The notes beneath the pieces are model-generated. The model saw nothing but the letters and a program-made list of their open reading frames with translations. It was not told where the DNA came from and searched no databases. A DNA stretch of 64,000 nt from assembly GCA_022813965.1 (NCBI GenBank), contig JALDZS010000009.1, positions 124,001-188,000 on the forward strand, in the 5' to 3' direction. A program made the position numbers and the translations under genes. Source of the DNA: Toensbergia leucococca (taxonomy: Eukaryota). Shown here one piece after another: positions 1 through 13,663 of this stretch; position 1 is the stretch's first letter; the number at the start of each line of letters is the position of its first letter.

Positions 1-315
1 GTGGTCCGCGTGCTCATACAGGACGACGCGCCTGTCGCGGCAGGAGAGATATTGCTGGCTTTGACGGCTATGAAAATGGTATGAAACCCTTCGTGTTGTT
101 TTCTCCCCATCCCTTCCCCCCCCCCCAATCCTCTTGTTAAAGCTACATACTCTCTCTTTTTTTTTTGTTGGCTAGCCTTGGCTGGGGAACTTGTGGAATA
201 ACTGGGAAAATAGGAACTGAATGTCAGCGCAAGGGTTGGCGGAAAGGCAACAAAGCTGCAGGTGAAAGTGGGCGACAGTGTGGAGAAGGGAGACTTGTTG
301 CTTGAGATTTCTTGA
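1..315 (+). CDS. 3' end of a biotin-dependent carboxylase (biotinyl/lipoyl attachment domain), partial
   Basis: Exon 1..78 reads VVRVLIQDDAPVAAGEILLALTAMKM; GTATGA..TAG intron 79-213; exon 214..315 reads ELNVSARVGGKATKLQVKVGDSVEKGDLLLEIS*. AMKME is the canonical biotin-attachment motif. The parent enzyme cannot be identified from this fragment. Confidence 0.85.
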
Positions 316-1055
316 AGGGATATTAGACAAAGAACGCTTATTCTTTCTGGTCTGGTCTGTGATTAAATTGGCAGAGAATTCGGTTATGCAAAGGGCACAA
401 AGCTCTCAATTCAAGGCTTGGCCTCTGAGCAAAATGGGATTCTGTAACGATGACTTGATCCTTGTAAAATGCCAAAACTGGTATGCACGCATTACCTATC
501 TGGTATATAAAGACAGTAACGCTATAGTCAAAACTCGTAGTCTTGTAGCCCGATTAGAACCCCTGCCCTTATAAGACGATTAACTATCTTATAATCAAGT
601 ACCAAGGCGTGCGTGCCAGGGATAAATCACGAAAAAAAGTTATACATCCATCTATCCCCCTCCATTTCACCCCCCCCCCCCCACCATTTAACCTATTTCA
701 CCTCCAACAACTTGCGCCCCTTTCAAAAGGGTCAAAGGTTCATTGTGAGAGAGGCTCATAGGTAGCAAAAACAATGAGGTCAAAGAAGGGGGGGAGAGAA
801 TGAGTCAATGAGGTGGAATAGAAGATATTCTACTTGTTTATAATACTACCTTATAGACAAGAAGAAGTAAGTCCCTCAAGTCGCAAAAATTTTATCAATT
901 AGAACCCCTCCCCTATGTTGGTAGGATACCATCTAATATACAGATATTATCTTATATACCAAAATAAATGCGGTACCGCTAAAAATCTGCCGCCGATCAG
1001 CCGTCCAATTTTTTGTTCCACCGGGCCTCGAATGAGGAGAGAAACTTGTGCCATC

Positions 1056-2687
1056 CTACTTCCTCTCTAGGTTAGAGTGCAGCACGTGCTGCCTCACAAA
1101 GCCCTGACAAACAAGTGCCAACGCCGCAAGACCCAGACAAGTGATAAACACAGCGCGAAGGCCCTCCATATAGCTGGCCAAAACCCCCTGCCGCCAGAGA
1201 GGTGGCAACCGCTTCAACTCATCGAAATCGTCCAAGATCTTGCGTATCTGCCTCGCCGCGCCTTCCTGTTCCCCAAACCTGGCCCACAGGTGCGCCTTGA
1301 GGACGTTCTGGTAGATGGCCGACGCAATGCAGACGCCGAGGGTCTGGCCGGTGGCGCGGAACGCATAGTTGGCCGAGGTGATGACTGCTTGGTGTTCGTG
1401 CCCCACGGCGGCGATATCGGCGAGGAGGTCCACAACCACGATGCCCCCATAGCCAAACCCGATCATGAACAGGAAAATCATGGCCGGCCACTCGGGCGTG
1501 AACAGGCCGAGAGTCGAGAGCAGGCCGCTGGCAAGGAGAAAGACTGTCGTGATGGTCAGGCCAAGGGTGACGTACTCGCCCGTGAGCTTCATGATGTATC
1601 CCGCCAGGAGCGAGCCGATGGAAACGCCGATCGAGTGTGGGATCAGCCGAACGCCGGCGGCGGTGGTGGAGAGGCCGCGGACTTGGAACCAGATGGGACT
1701 GTAGAACAGAACGGCGAAGACGACCATCATTGTGAACCAGTTGTTCAGGCAAGCGGCGGCGACGGTGCGGTTGAGCATCAGCTCAAGCGGGATAACGGGT
1801 TCGGCTGCCCATCTGCATTCGACCCAAGCGAAAGCGCACAGACCGGCGGCGGACAGCGCCAGCGTGCTGGGAATGAGGGGATGGCTCCACGGAACCACGT
1901 TTCCGCCCAGGTTCAAGCCCACCAGCAGCAAGAGCAGCGTGGATGTGAGTGTAAAGGCGCCGAGGAAATCGACTCGCGAAAGCTTGGACTTGCCGGATGG
2001 CTTGGGGGGAATGTCCACGAGAACGTACACGAGGACTGCAGACACCAGAGCCGGAGGCACCTGGGCGAGGAAGGCAACTCTCCAACCCCAGACATCGTTA
2101 GTCCAGCCGCCAAAGAGTCCTCCCAAGCCACTGCCGATACCAAACGCCGTGTTGCTCAGGCCTTGTATCAAACCTCTCCTCCTCAGCGGCACAAGATCCG
2201 AGGCGACAAAGTTGCTGATGGCCATCAATCCTCCTCCACCTAAACCGGAAATCACTCGTCCGGTAATCATGACGCCTTTGGTGGCGGCCAAACCACAGAT
2301 TAGATTGCCTGCAGCGAATAGTAAGTTGCTGATCACCAAGCCCGTGCAGCGACCGTATATGTCTGTCAATTTTCCCGAAAGCGGTTGGCATGCGGCGGTT
2401 GCAATTATGTATGCCGAGGCTACCCATGCGAGCAGGTTGAGCGAATTGAAGCTCGTTGAAATGGGCGCTGATAGGGTTGCAATGATGGTTGTGTCGAGGG
2501 CACCGAGGAACACTCCGATAAAAGTAATACCCACGACTAGAACAAGCTTCGTACTTCCAGGCTCTTTGGCAATTACGGTTTGCTCATTGTTTGCATTTCT
2601 GAAAAGAGGAGTTTCTTCGTCCGCAGCATAAGTAGGCTTACTAGTAATAAACGGAAGACTTGCGTCCTGGTATTCCTGATTTGCCAT
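1056..2687 (-). CDS. MFS drug:H+ antiporter, 14-TMS (DHA2 / Vba-like) transporter
   Basis: Intronless ORF; first ATG at 2687 (MANQEY). Motifs ALDTTIIAT, QPLSGKLTDIYGR (motif A), DLVPLRRRG, GWRVAF, EPVIPL and many hydrophobic helices. Confidence 0.92.
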   Translation of the reverse strand: MANQEYQDASLPFITSKPTYAADEETPLFRNANNEQTVIAKEPGSTKLVLVVGITFIGVFLGALDTTIIATLSAPISTSFNSLNLLAWVASAYIIATAACQPLSGKLTDIYGRCTGLVISNLLFAAGNLICGLAATKGVMITGRVISGLGGGGLMAISNFVASDLVPLRRRGLIQGLSNTAFGIGSGLGGLFGGWTNDVWGWRVAFLAQVPPALVSAVLVYVLVDIPPKPSGKSKLSRVDFLGAFTLTSTLLLLLVGLNLGGNVVPWSHPLIPSTLALSAAGLCAFAWVECRWAAEPVIPLELMLNRTVAAACLNNWFTMMVVFAVLFYSPIWFQVRGLSTTAAGVRLIPHSIGVSIGSLLAGYIMKLTGEYVTLGLTITTVFLLASGLLSTLGLFTPEWPAMIFLFMIGFGYGGIVVVDLLADIAAVGHEHQAVITSANYAFRATGQTLGVCIASAIYQNVLKAHLWARFGEQEGAARQIRKILDDFDELKRLPPLWRQGVLASYMEGLRAVFITCLGLAALALVCQGFVRQHVLHSNLERK

Positions 2688-4111
2688 TGCTCTCGTCTGA
2701 TTGCCTTTTTCTTGTAGACTAATAGTAATGAAAGAGTCAGTGGCTAGGGTTTCGTGTCCTTCCGAACTCAAGAAGAATAGGAGAGCGAGGTGTTATACCT
2801 AGTCCTAGAATACTTGTTGTCGGAGGTATATCAGCGGGCTTGATCTCATGCATAGGTCTGCCGCTCTTGGGCCGATAGCAAAAAGCCAATCTGAGTCAAG
2901 TACTGTTTTTGGGCTACTGGATCGAGCGCCACATGGACTGCAGAGCTTAGTGAGTTTGGGAAACCGGTCGTGCCATTGATTATTCAGACGAGACGCATGC
3001 AACAAAGGCAGGAAATATGCATGTTACAAAAACGCTGCAAGCTGCAAAGTCCATGGGAAATGGGGTTTTTACGCTGTCCCACAAGATCCTTAGATAATGC
3101 GGCCGACATCTTCGGGTTGCATGTACCACTGGCTCATAATGATACAAACTTGACAACACATGGGGAGCTTTGATTTGGATGGCCAGATTCTGAAATGCGG
3201 TGAGTGTGAAGATGCGTCTGGACATAATCTCAGCGGTCTTATATGACGTATTTGAAAGGGCTGAATGAGACACCGAATGGGACCGAGCAGGAGAGTATGC
3301 GCGCTTCAAGCTCCTGCAAGAAACTTATCTATTTCATTGGCTATGCTGCCATAGAAAGACCGAGGAGATGCGGTCACATTTGGAGAGCAGGAGCAGTAGT
3401 AGAAATTCATTCGCCCGTGCAGGCCGCCAGGCCGAGAACTGAGTTCAGTCAAAAGCTCGTTATCTTCCAATATGATGGTCGTTTCGGTGTTCCATGGAAC
3501 AAAAGAAAAGGTCCTTCCTAGAATCACGGGAGCGATATCTTGAGCGTTGAAAGTCGTAGAAAGAAAAGGTGGGCCAACAAGGCGAGTATATCCGCTCATA
3601 GGGAACATGTTTAGTGAAGGCTTACGCATCTTCTAGATCCAGGTGGTGAGGCGTTTAGTAGCGCAAGCAGAGGCTAGGGTTGCCCTCACTGCTGTCATGG
3701 TTGGAATCCATAAATGCGTTTTTTAATCCATTGAGCTGTTGTCGGTCTAATTAGCCTCCTAGGACGTACAACTCATATCCCTACCCGTATCCTAATTGAT
3801 GTCGCTGTGTGTCCCATAAAGAGCATTGAAAAGAAAGTGTGAGACAAGTTCAGTTTCTTTAGTGCACGAACAGATGTCTGAGGTGATTGCTTAAGTTTTT
3901 GTGAGATACCCATTGAGCTGACACATCCCCGTCTGTAATTATAATAAGCTAGACCGGTACCTTCTTTGTGATGAAGACCATCGTAGAATTTCTTAGTGTG
4001 CTTTCCTAGCAAAAATATATTCACCGTGAGAGAATCCCCCGTGAGCGTAGGGATACGGTACTCCGTATAATTAAGGCTACGAGTAACCCCTATTAATTAA
4101 GTAGCTGTCAG

Positions 4112-4265
4112 TGTCACGGGACTGCGCCACAGGCAAGGTCCGAATATTTGAACCTCCTAATACTCGTACACTGCAACTCACTTCGCTCACTACAATAATC
4201 CGCGCCTAGGTAGGCAGCTATAATACCGTTAGATTAATTTTGCATTTCAAGCACTGAACGTAACA
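4112..4265. mobile_element. Possible solo LTR remnant (TGTCACG...CGTAACA), TA-enriched
   Basis: 154-bp segment bounded by TG...CA imperfect inverted termini like those of Gypsy LTRs, in TpA-rich sequence. No target-site duplication (gtcag vs actga). Confidence 0.3.
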
Positions 4266-4583
4266 ACTGAGAAGGCCTCATAAAACGGCGTCAAGAGTAT
4301 CCTCGATCCGCGTCAAATACGGGCCTCGGGCCGACCCGAAAACCTCAAAGGCACGTCCGTCGTCTAATGAAATGAGCTTCTCTTTATCCATCCATTCCGA
4401 ACCTTCTCCCAAACAGCAGCACCTTTCCACGTCCCAAAGCGGCGGTTTCTTACTCTTACAACTCTACCGATTCTGATTACATGCAACAGAACGAACTCAA
4501 CACCATCAACAACCCTCCACCTTGCAACCACAACACCACCCTCTCATCAGCACCCACCACAAAAACCCCCCCTCCTCCTAAAA

Positions 4584-4994
4584 ATGCCCGCCTCAACCAA
4601 ACCCCCCCTCTCCCTCCCCATCCCACCACCAACCCCCATCCCCACTCCTCTCAAAAACGCCCTCATAACCGCCCTCCTGTCCACTCACACAATCCCTCTC
4701 CTCCAACAAACCCTTCACACCGCCTCCCAACAAACCGGCTTCCTCGATGCATTGCGCGACCGCTCTTTGCAGCTCCTTCGCAGTGGCGAATGCATTTCTT
4801 ATGGGGAGGTTATGGCGAGGGTTGTGGGGGAGGTGAGGGGGGAGGGCTCGAGTGAGGGAGGGGGCGATGGGGAAATGGGAGCAGGGGAGGCGCTGAGGGT
4901 GCCGGGCAAGTTGGTTGAGGCTGGGGTGAAGGTTTTGAGGGAGGCGTTGGGGGGGTTGGTGGTTTTTGAGGAGGAAAGTGGGGAGGGGGTCTAG
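4584..4994 (+). CDS. Small protein, probable Sus1/ENY2 (SAGA/TREX-2 subunit)-like
   Basis: 136 aa. Helical pattern LQQTL..TGFLDALRDRSLQLLRSGE..YGEVMARV...LRVPGKLVEAGVKVLREAL resembles the ENY2 family from memory; not searched. Confidence 0.5.
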   Translation: MPASTKPPLSLPIPPPTPIPTPLKNALITALLSTHTIPLLQQTLHTASQQTGFLDALRDRSLQLLRSGECISYGEVMARVVGEVRGEGSSEGGGDGEMGAGEALRVPGKLVEAGVKVLREALGGLVVFEEESGEGV

Positions 4995-6053
4995 CTTCTC
5001 CCCTCTCCACCGCGGAAGAAAATCTATGGGGTGATGCCTTGGGGAACGAAGAAAACCGGAACTCGAATCCAGCACCCCTCAACCTCCGATTTCGCCAAAG
5101 TCATTCTTGAGATAGGGAGGTCGGGAAAGGAAGCTATCACGGAACGTAAAAAGCGCAGCCACCACACACGCATCCTCAAATCAACCCGAATCAGGAAAAA
5201 TAATCGATCTCCTCATCCACACTCAGCCCCCCCCATCCAAAAACACACAAACTCTCAAACCCCCCCGAACCCCAAAATCCAGCGAAAGAAGACCCAAAAC
5301 ACACCTAAAGAATTCAACCCCCTTTCCTTGGAGACCGGTTTGAAGAAATAGAATGTCTATTTGGAGAAATTAACGGCGTTGGAGTTTGGATTGGGAAGGG
5401 GTGGAGGGTTTCGGAAGCCTGTGCTGTGAAGGAACGGGGCTGTTTGTGGTTTAATGGGGAGGGGAGGGGAGGGGATAGATAGGCGGCTGTGGTTCTTGCC
5501 CGTCGGATTAGCGCCTTTCAAATGGGGGGGGAAGGGGGGACTGTGTTAAAGGGAGTGCGCGTCTCATTTGTACTTGGCAAGCATAAACACGGTGTGAAGC
5601 ATACAGAGAAGAAACGAAAAAAAAGAGCAATGAAATCCAAACAATCTCCAAAACGAAAAGCGCCCTCGAAGGATTTCTTGGAAATGTTGATTGCAACTCG
5701 AACATGTGTCACTCATACATCACGTTTTATCCCATGATATGCATGTAACAGAAGCAATCTTCTTTGCCCCCCCCATCAAAAAAAAGGCGGAACAGAGAAG
5801 TCTATGATTCGATTATTTCATATCAACTTTAAAGTACATCTGTTGAACCAACCCTTTCACAGCACACGTGTGACAAAGCCACCTCGGATCGTCAAATGTC
5901 GGCACATACACCAACATGGTGCAATCAAGGAAAAACTACCTCATCTCCAACGAAAGAGACGAGAGATGGGAGCACTTTGAAGGCGGCTCCAGGCACGGAG
6001 CAAAGTAACAACTGCATATTTTCAAAATCCGTCCAGTACAGTAGCCCATTCAT

Positions 6054-8803
<2,750 letters not shown>

Positions 8804-9636
8804 GTTGGTGTCTTAGTGCTTTGCAGACAGTACCGTTGAAGAAGGGGTTATCAAGGAGGTTGGATATCTAGAAGTATGCAAGAAATGCTTCGATGTTCAG
8901 AAGCAAAATCGTTGTGTGAAATGTATGTCGAAGAAAGTGAAGATGAAGATGATGAGAGCTTCAAGTGAAGTTGCTCTAACTAGCGAGATTTGAGTTAGCG
9001 CGACTGAGCACGCCGAAAGAAGCACGTCGAAACCTGCAGACTTGATGGATTTCAAAGAGGACACGAATCAGCTTCTCATATTAACCTTCTAGATTCACTC
9101 ATTGGCCATCGATGCTCGCAAGACGTAGATCTAGGTACGAGTAGACCTTTCAAGGTTTGGGCCTTGGATAGCACCAATCAGGCTTGGACTGAAGTATGAA
9201 AGTATCACCTATCATCTAATCTCCAACCTGACATTTATCGCCCTCGTGTTAAGCCTAATCTTTTCAAATCTTACATGTTTGAAAGGATCTCCGGAATCAT
9301 ATGGAACGGATTCCTTCCATTGGAGCTGATATCAAGTCCTTCAGTCCAATACAGAGTGACGCCCTTACTGTTTTCTGACCTATTTCGAAGCCATGCATCA
9401 GACATGTTTCCGAGTCTTGATCATGCTTCTCCGTAGGAAACGGGATCTTGCCATTGTTTGGTAGAATTTACAAGAAATTGCATGACTTAATGGTAATAGG
9501 GGAGATCACATTCTTGCATCATCTTTGGCTTTCAGCAAACAAAGAAACACAGCTTACATCTCTTCTTGCGTCACATAATCAAGAGCTTGTCATCCTCAAC
9601 CTTGCTTGATCTTTACGCACCATCACAACCGGAGAT

Positions 9637-10158
9637 ATGGCAGATGAATCACCCGTCGCTGGTGAACTTCCTCAAACGTCCTCATACTTAGTGGCTATTG
9701 CCAATCGCTTCACCCCCGATCAAATACAGACTTTCCTAGATGCAAGCGTAAGACCACTTTTCGTCTACGGGACGCTAATGAATCCTTATTGGGCTGCTGG
9801 TATGGCTGGAGGTTATATCGATGGAGATGGGTTCGAGTTCGCAAAGAGGATGACTCCAGCTACCCTGTCAATGCACCAACGACTGGCCGTACGGGACGCG
9901 TATTATCCAGCAGTGATCCCCTCAAACAACCCAGAGCATTCTGTTACTGGCCTGGTTCTATTTGGTTTAACTGCCGTCGAACGCGAGAATCTTGATGGAT
10001 ACGAGGGATGCATGTATACAGCCGAGAGGGTACAGGTGGAAATTCTTCTTGTTTCAGGAACAAGAATGATGATCGATGCAGATGTCTATATCTGGTCAGA
10101 TCCTCTCGAACATCTTTGCCAGCCTAGTGAGAAGGAGTGGGACTACGTGGACTACTAA
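9637..10158 (+). CDS. AIG2-like / gamma-glutamylcyclotransferase-fold protein
   Basis: 173 aa with LFVYGTLM, YPAVIP, VTGLV, LDGYEG and DVYIW motifs typical of the GGCT/AIG2 family. Confidence 0.85.
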   Translation: MADESPVAGELPQTSSYLVAIANRFTPDQIQTFLDASVRPLFVYGTLMNPYWAAGMAGGYIDGDGFEFAKRMTPATLSMHQRLAVRDAYYPAVIPSNNPEHSVTGLVLFGLTAVERENLDGYEGCMYTAERVQVEILLVSGTRMMIDADVYIWSDPLEHLCQPSEKEWDYVDY

Positions 10159-11306
10159 GCTAGCCAGGGCGTTCAGCACCAGTACCAGAGGAGGGAACTC
10201 GTTTTAGAAGGTCTTTGCGGCGAGAGATCCGCTCTGTAAATAGTGCCGTGCAATGGCCCAGAGTTTTTCCAAACTCAGGTACAGGTGTCCAGGGTATCTT
10301 CTTCAGTTTTCTCCTTCATCTTGAATGAGCAAGCCCTTAACAGGGCTCTAAGATGCAAGCATTTCATCCGGTTTTCTCGTCAACAACACAATCAGAACCA
10401 TCTCTAGACCAGTCCAGTTTCCTTCTGGCGCAAATCACGTTCAATGTCTGTGATTGGGAATGACGAGTCTACTAAAACCTGTGAATCCGTAGAAACTTCT
10501 CGCGCTAATGTCTGGCAACTCAATATGGCGGATGAGGGCAGACTGATGCAAGACTTCGTGTCGGATCTAGATGTGCGTGTATGACCCTCCACTAATGATG
10601 GCTTCTTCTCGCCCCTCGAGTTGTATCGTTTTGCTATACGCATAATTCTTTACTTTGCCTTGGCAGACGTTACCAACCTGGACATTTTAAATTCGGATTT
10701 TGAAGTCTTCTAAGCATTGTGCCAATTAGTGGGCTTTCTTACATGGTACTATCAGTGTCTTGTTGCTCTATAATTCATGGCCCGATTCAGTGGTGCTATG
10801 CTGCTAGTGCTCATCAATAAAAGCATTTCAAAAAATCTCACATTTATGCCTCTTATCAGAAAAACTGTACTGGTTTAGCTGAGCTTGGACATTATGGTCT
10901 TACCATGTGTAGTACTGAGAGTCTGTCAACACCTAAGACAAGTAAACGCATCGCTTCACTAAGGTAAGAGTTGAGAATACAGTGAATTAGAGACAGCCTC
11001 ACTTCACTCCATCCGTACTAACCAGCTTCTCATCCCTTCCTTCGCGATTTGCTGCACAACTTTCAAGAGCTTCTTAGAATTCTTAGAATTCTTAGAAGTT
11101 GACTTGATTACTACACAAAGGCACGCCGTGAGGTGTCTGGATGCGCGATACCTATTATTTCGACTGCCACCGCCAAGCTAATTAGAGACCCAAATCGGCC
11201 TGCAAAAGAGGTGTTACGAGTTGGTGCTATTCATCCAAAATCCTTCCAACTGATTATTCGAGTCATCCTTTCAAGACTCGTCATCCTGGACTCACCAGAT
11301 ATTACC

Positions 11307-12734
11307 ATGTCTTACGAATCACGCAACTTGCGTCTCAGATATCACCTTCAATATCCTCACGCCGTTTATGAACCGGTGGGCGGTGTGTCGCGCAATTTGA
11401 AGGTGGTACGTAGATATTCTTCATAAATACAGGAAGTGAAGATGCTGATATTCCTATAGCTGCACCCAAGGACAGTCAAGGGGGTTTTCCGATTCCTCGA
11501 TCTTCCCGCCGAAATTCGCAACCAAGTATATCGCGCGATGCTAAAGACAGAGAACGTTATGAACATCCAGCCAAATCCCAAATATGAAATGTCGAAAAAT
11601 GAGAGCGAACCATTCTTTTGGCCGCTGAGACCAAGACGTTTGGAGCTTGGTACAATGGGATCACAGAATCATCAGCTTGTCGGTTTCGAGTATCAAGTCA
11701 ACATCCTTCGGGTAAATCGTCAGATTAATAAAGAAGCTAGGCCTATCTTCGACGAGAACTCCTGGATACAGGTAAGTGTCAATAAGAAGGGATACACAGA
11801 TCAGCTGATAGATCACTGTTTCGGCGTTGTGTCCCGTAAACTCCCGAGCAGTCAGCTACGTCTGAAAGTCTCCGTCATTTTCAGAGACCTCAACCCCGAA
11901 GAGGAAGAGGAAGAATGTTTCACAATGTCATCTTACGGCTTTACGCAGTTGCCACGAGCAATCTGGACAACCGCCAAGGAGGATGTGGAACTTTATTTCA
12001 ATCCTCATCCCTCACTGCGCCAAACTCGCTTCAGCGATTTTGCTAACATCGTATTGAAACCATTCTGTCAAATTTCGGGCATCGGCCATGTCTATATTCC
12101 AGAAAGTGTCCATAATCGCCTCAAGACTGAGTGGCCTGTGGAGACAAACGCACCACCGACTACCCTCAAATATGCTCTCCTAGTCACAGACTGCATGATA
12201 GAGACTGGTAACGAGTCTCTTGGGGTCGGGGCTTGGGAAAAAGCCGCAGCAATTTCTGAAGAAGGGCTAGCCTTCTTGTCCGACTGTGCGAAGATGCTCT
12301 CACATTTGTGCTTTCGCCAAGGCAGAGGCTTTCTGGACCTATGCAAAATGGCCTGCGAGCTGGCAACAAATCTCGCCAACGCACGCAACCATCTCGGAGA
12401 ACATCTAAGCGCCCTCAAATACACAAACTACGTTTTGGGTCTTCGCACTTTCTCTGGCCCCGACGTAGCAAGAGTGCTCCTCCAACGCGGGCTAGCTTTT
12501 GCAGGCCTGGAGCAGGATCGAAAGGCCGCTCGAGACTTCTGGGACGCATCGGAGCTCGCACCCCAGAACAAAACGATCATGCACGAGCTCTACGTGCTTA
12601 TGAATCGACTAGATCCGGATCCCGAAAAGGCGTTTGACGCATTTTGGACGCTTCGTCGGACAATTGAGGCGGAGAAGAATGATGAAAAGATGGCGCTTAG
12701 GATGGACTTGGATTTCCGTTCAACGGGTTGCTAG
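11307..12734 (+). CDS. Protein with N-terminal F-box-like motif and C-terminal TPR-like helices
   Basis: Exon 11307-11405; intron 11406-11459 (GTACGT..GCTGAT..TAG); then FRFLDLPAEIRNQVYRAML, ILRVNRQINKEA and a TPR-like ARVLLQRGLAFAGLEQDRKAARDFWDASELAPQN. Confidence 0.75.
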
Positions 12735-13663
12735 TGAAGAGCCCATACGAGCATCCATTAATTGCAAGTGGTGTAAAGAAAGGGAGCTCAAATGGGGGAA
12801 ATACTTCGTACATCAAGGGAGGGAGCATCCAAATAGCCACCGAACCCAATAGCAGCAAAGTCCCCTGTGATCAAAACATTAAACCACAGTCTACCTATCT
12901 CTCCGTCTAGCATAATCCCCAAAATCCGTTTTAAAATAACCCCCCAGCTGCTGAATATCCATATACGTGGCAACAAACATATAACACACTGCCTTTCTAT
13001 TATACAATCCAAATGCCAAATATTTGTCCCCCCTTCCCTCCTCTTCTTACATATCTCGACCCGATAAAGGGTGGATTCATTCATCGGGGTTTGACCCCCT
13101 TTTTTCACAGATTGGCCCTGGTTTGGAGAGGGATGTATTGGGGACGAATTGATACTAGACTGGTCTTACGGGGTTTGGAGGAGGGGGATGTTGAGGTTGT
13201 GTGGCTTTGGCTTTTGGGGATGGTTTGTGTGGGGTTCAAAAGTTGAGGTTTGGGGGAAAGGGGGTATAAGAGGGTAATGGGGGAAAGGGGGTGTGAGAGG
13301 GGAATGGGGAGGGTTGGTTTTGGAACAGTACAGGTGAGGTTGGTTGTGATGGGCGGAGTTGTGCTGGGGGTCGGGGTAGGTTGAGGAAGAATAAAGGGGG
13401 ATTTGAGAGGTTTGAAATCACAGAAACATTTTTCGGCCCTTGGGAGTACAGAAGTGAGACCATGAGCGGATGGAGGCAATTCAAATTAACACATCACCCG
13501 CCTCGTACTAGACATTAGATAAGCTGTCGAATTTTGTGTCCTGCAAAACTATCGCGACTGCGCCTCTTGCACACACGGAACTACACTAAACCAATCCACC
13601 TAGCTACCGGCCTATACAATATTCGCTTCACAAAAAGGCAATGGATGCCCATCCAATTAGAGC

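Noticed and set aside
1077..2631. Long plus-strand ORFs (388 and 299 aa) overlapping the MFS gene
   Set aside because: Antisense shadows of a GC-rich coding sequence; no motif of their own.
11071..11097. (TTCTTAGAA)x3 as a heat-shock element
   Set aside because: The TTC-to-GAA spacing does not fit the nGAAn repeat rule; most simply a short tandem repeat.
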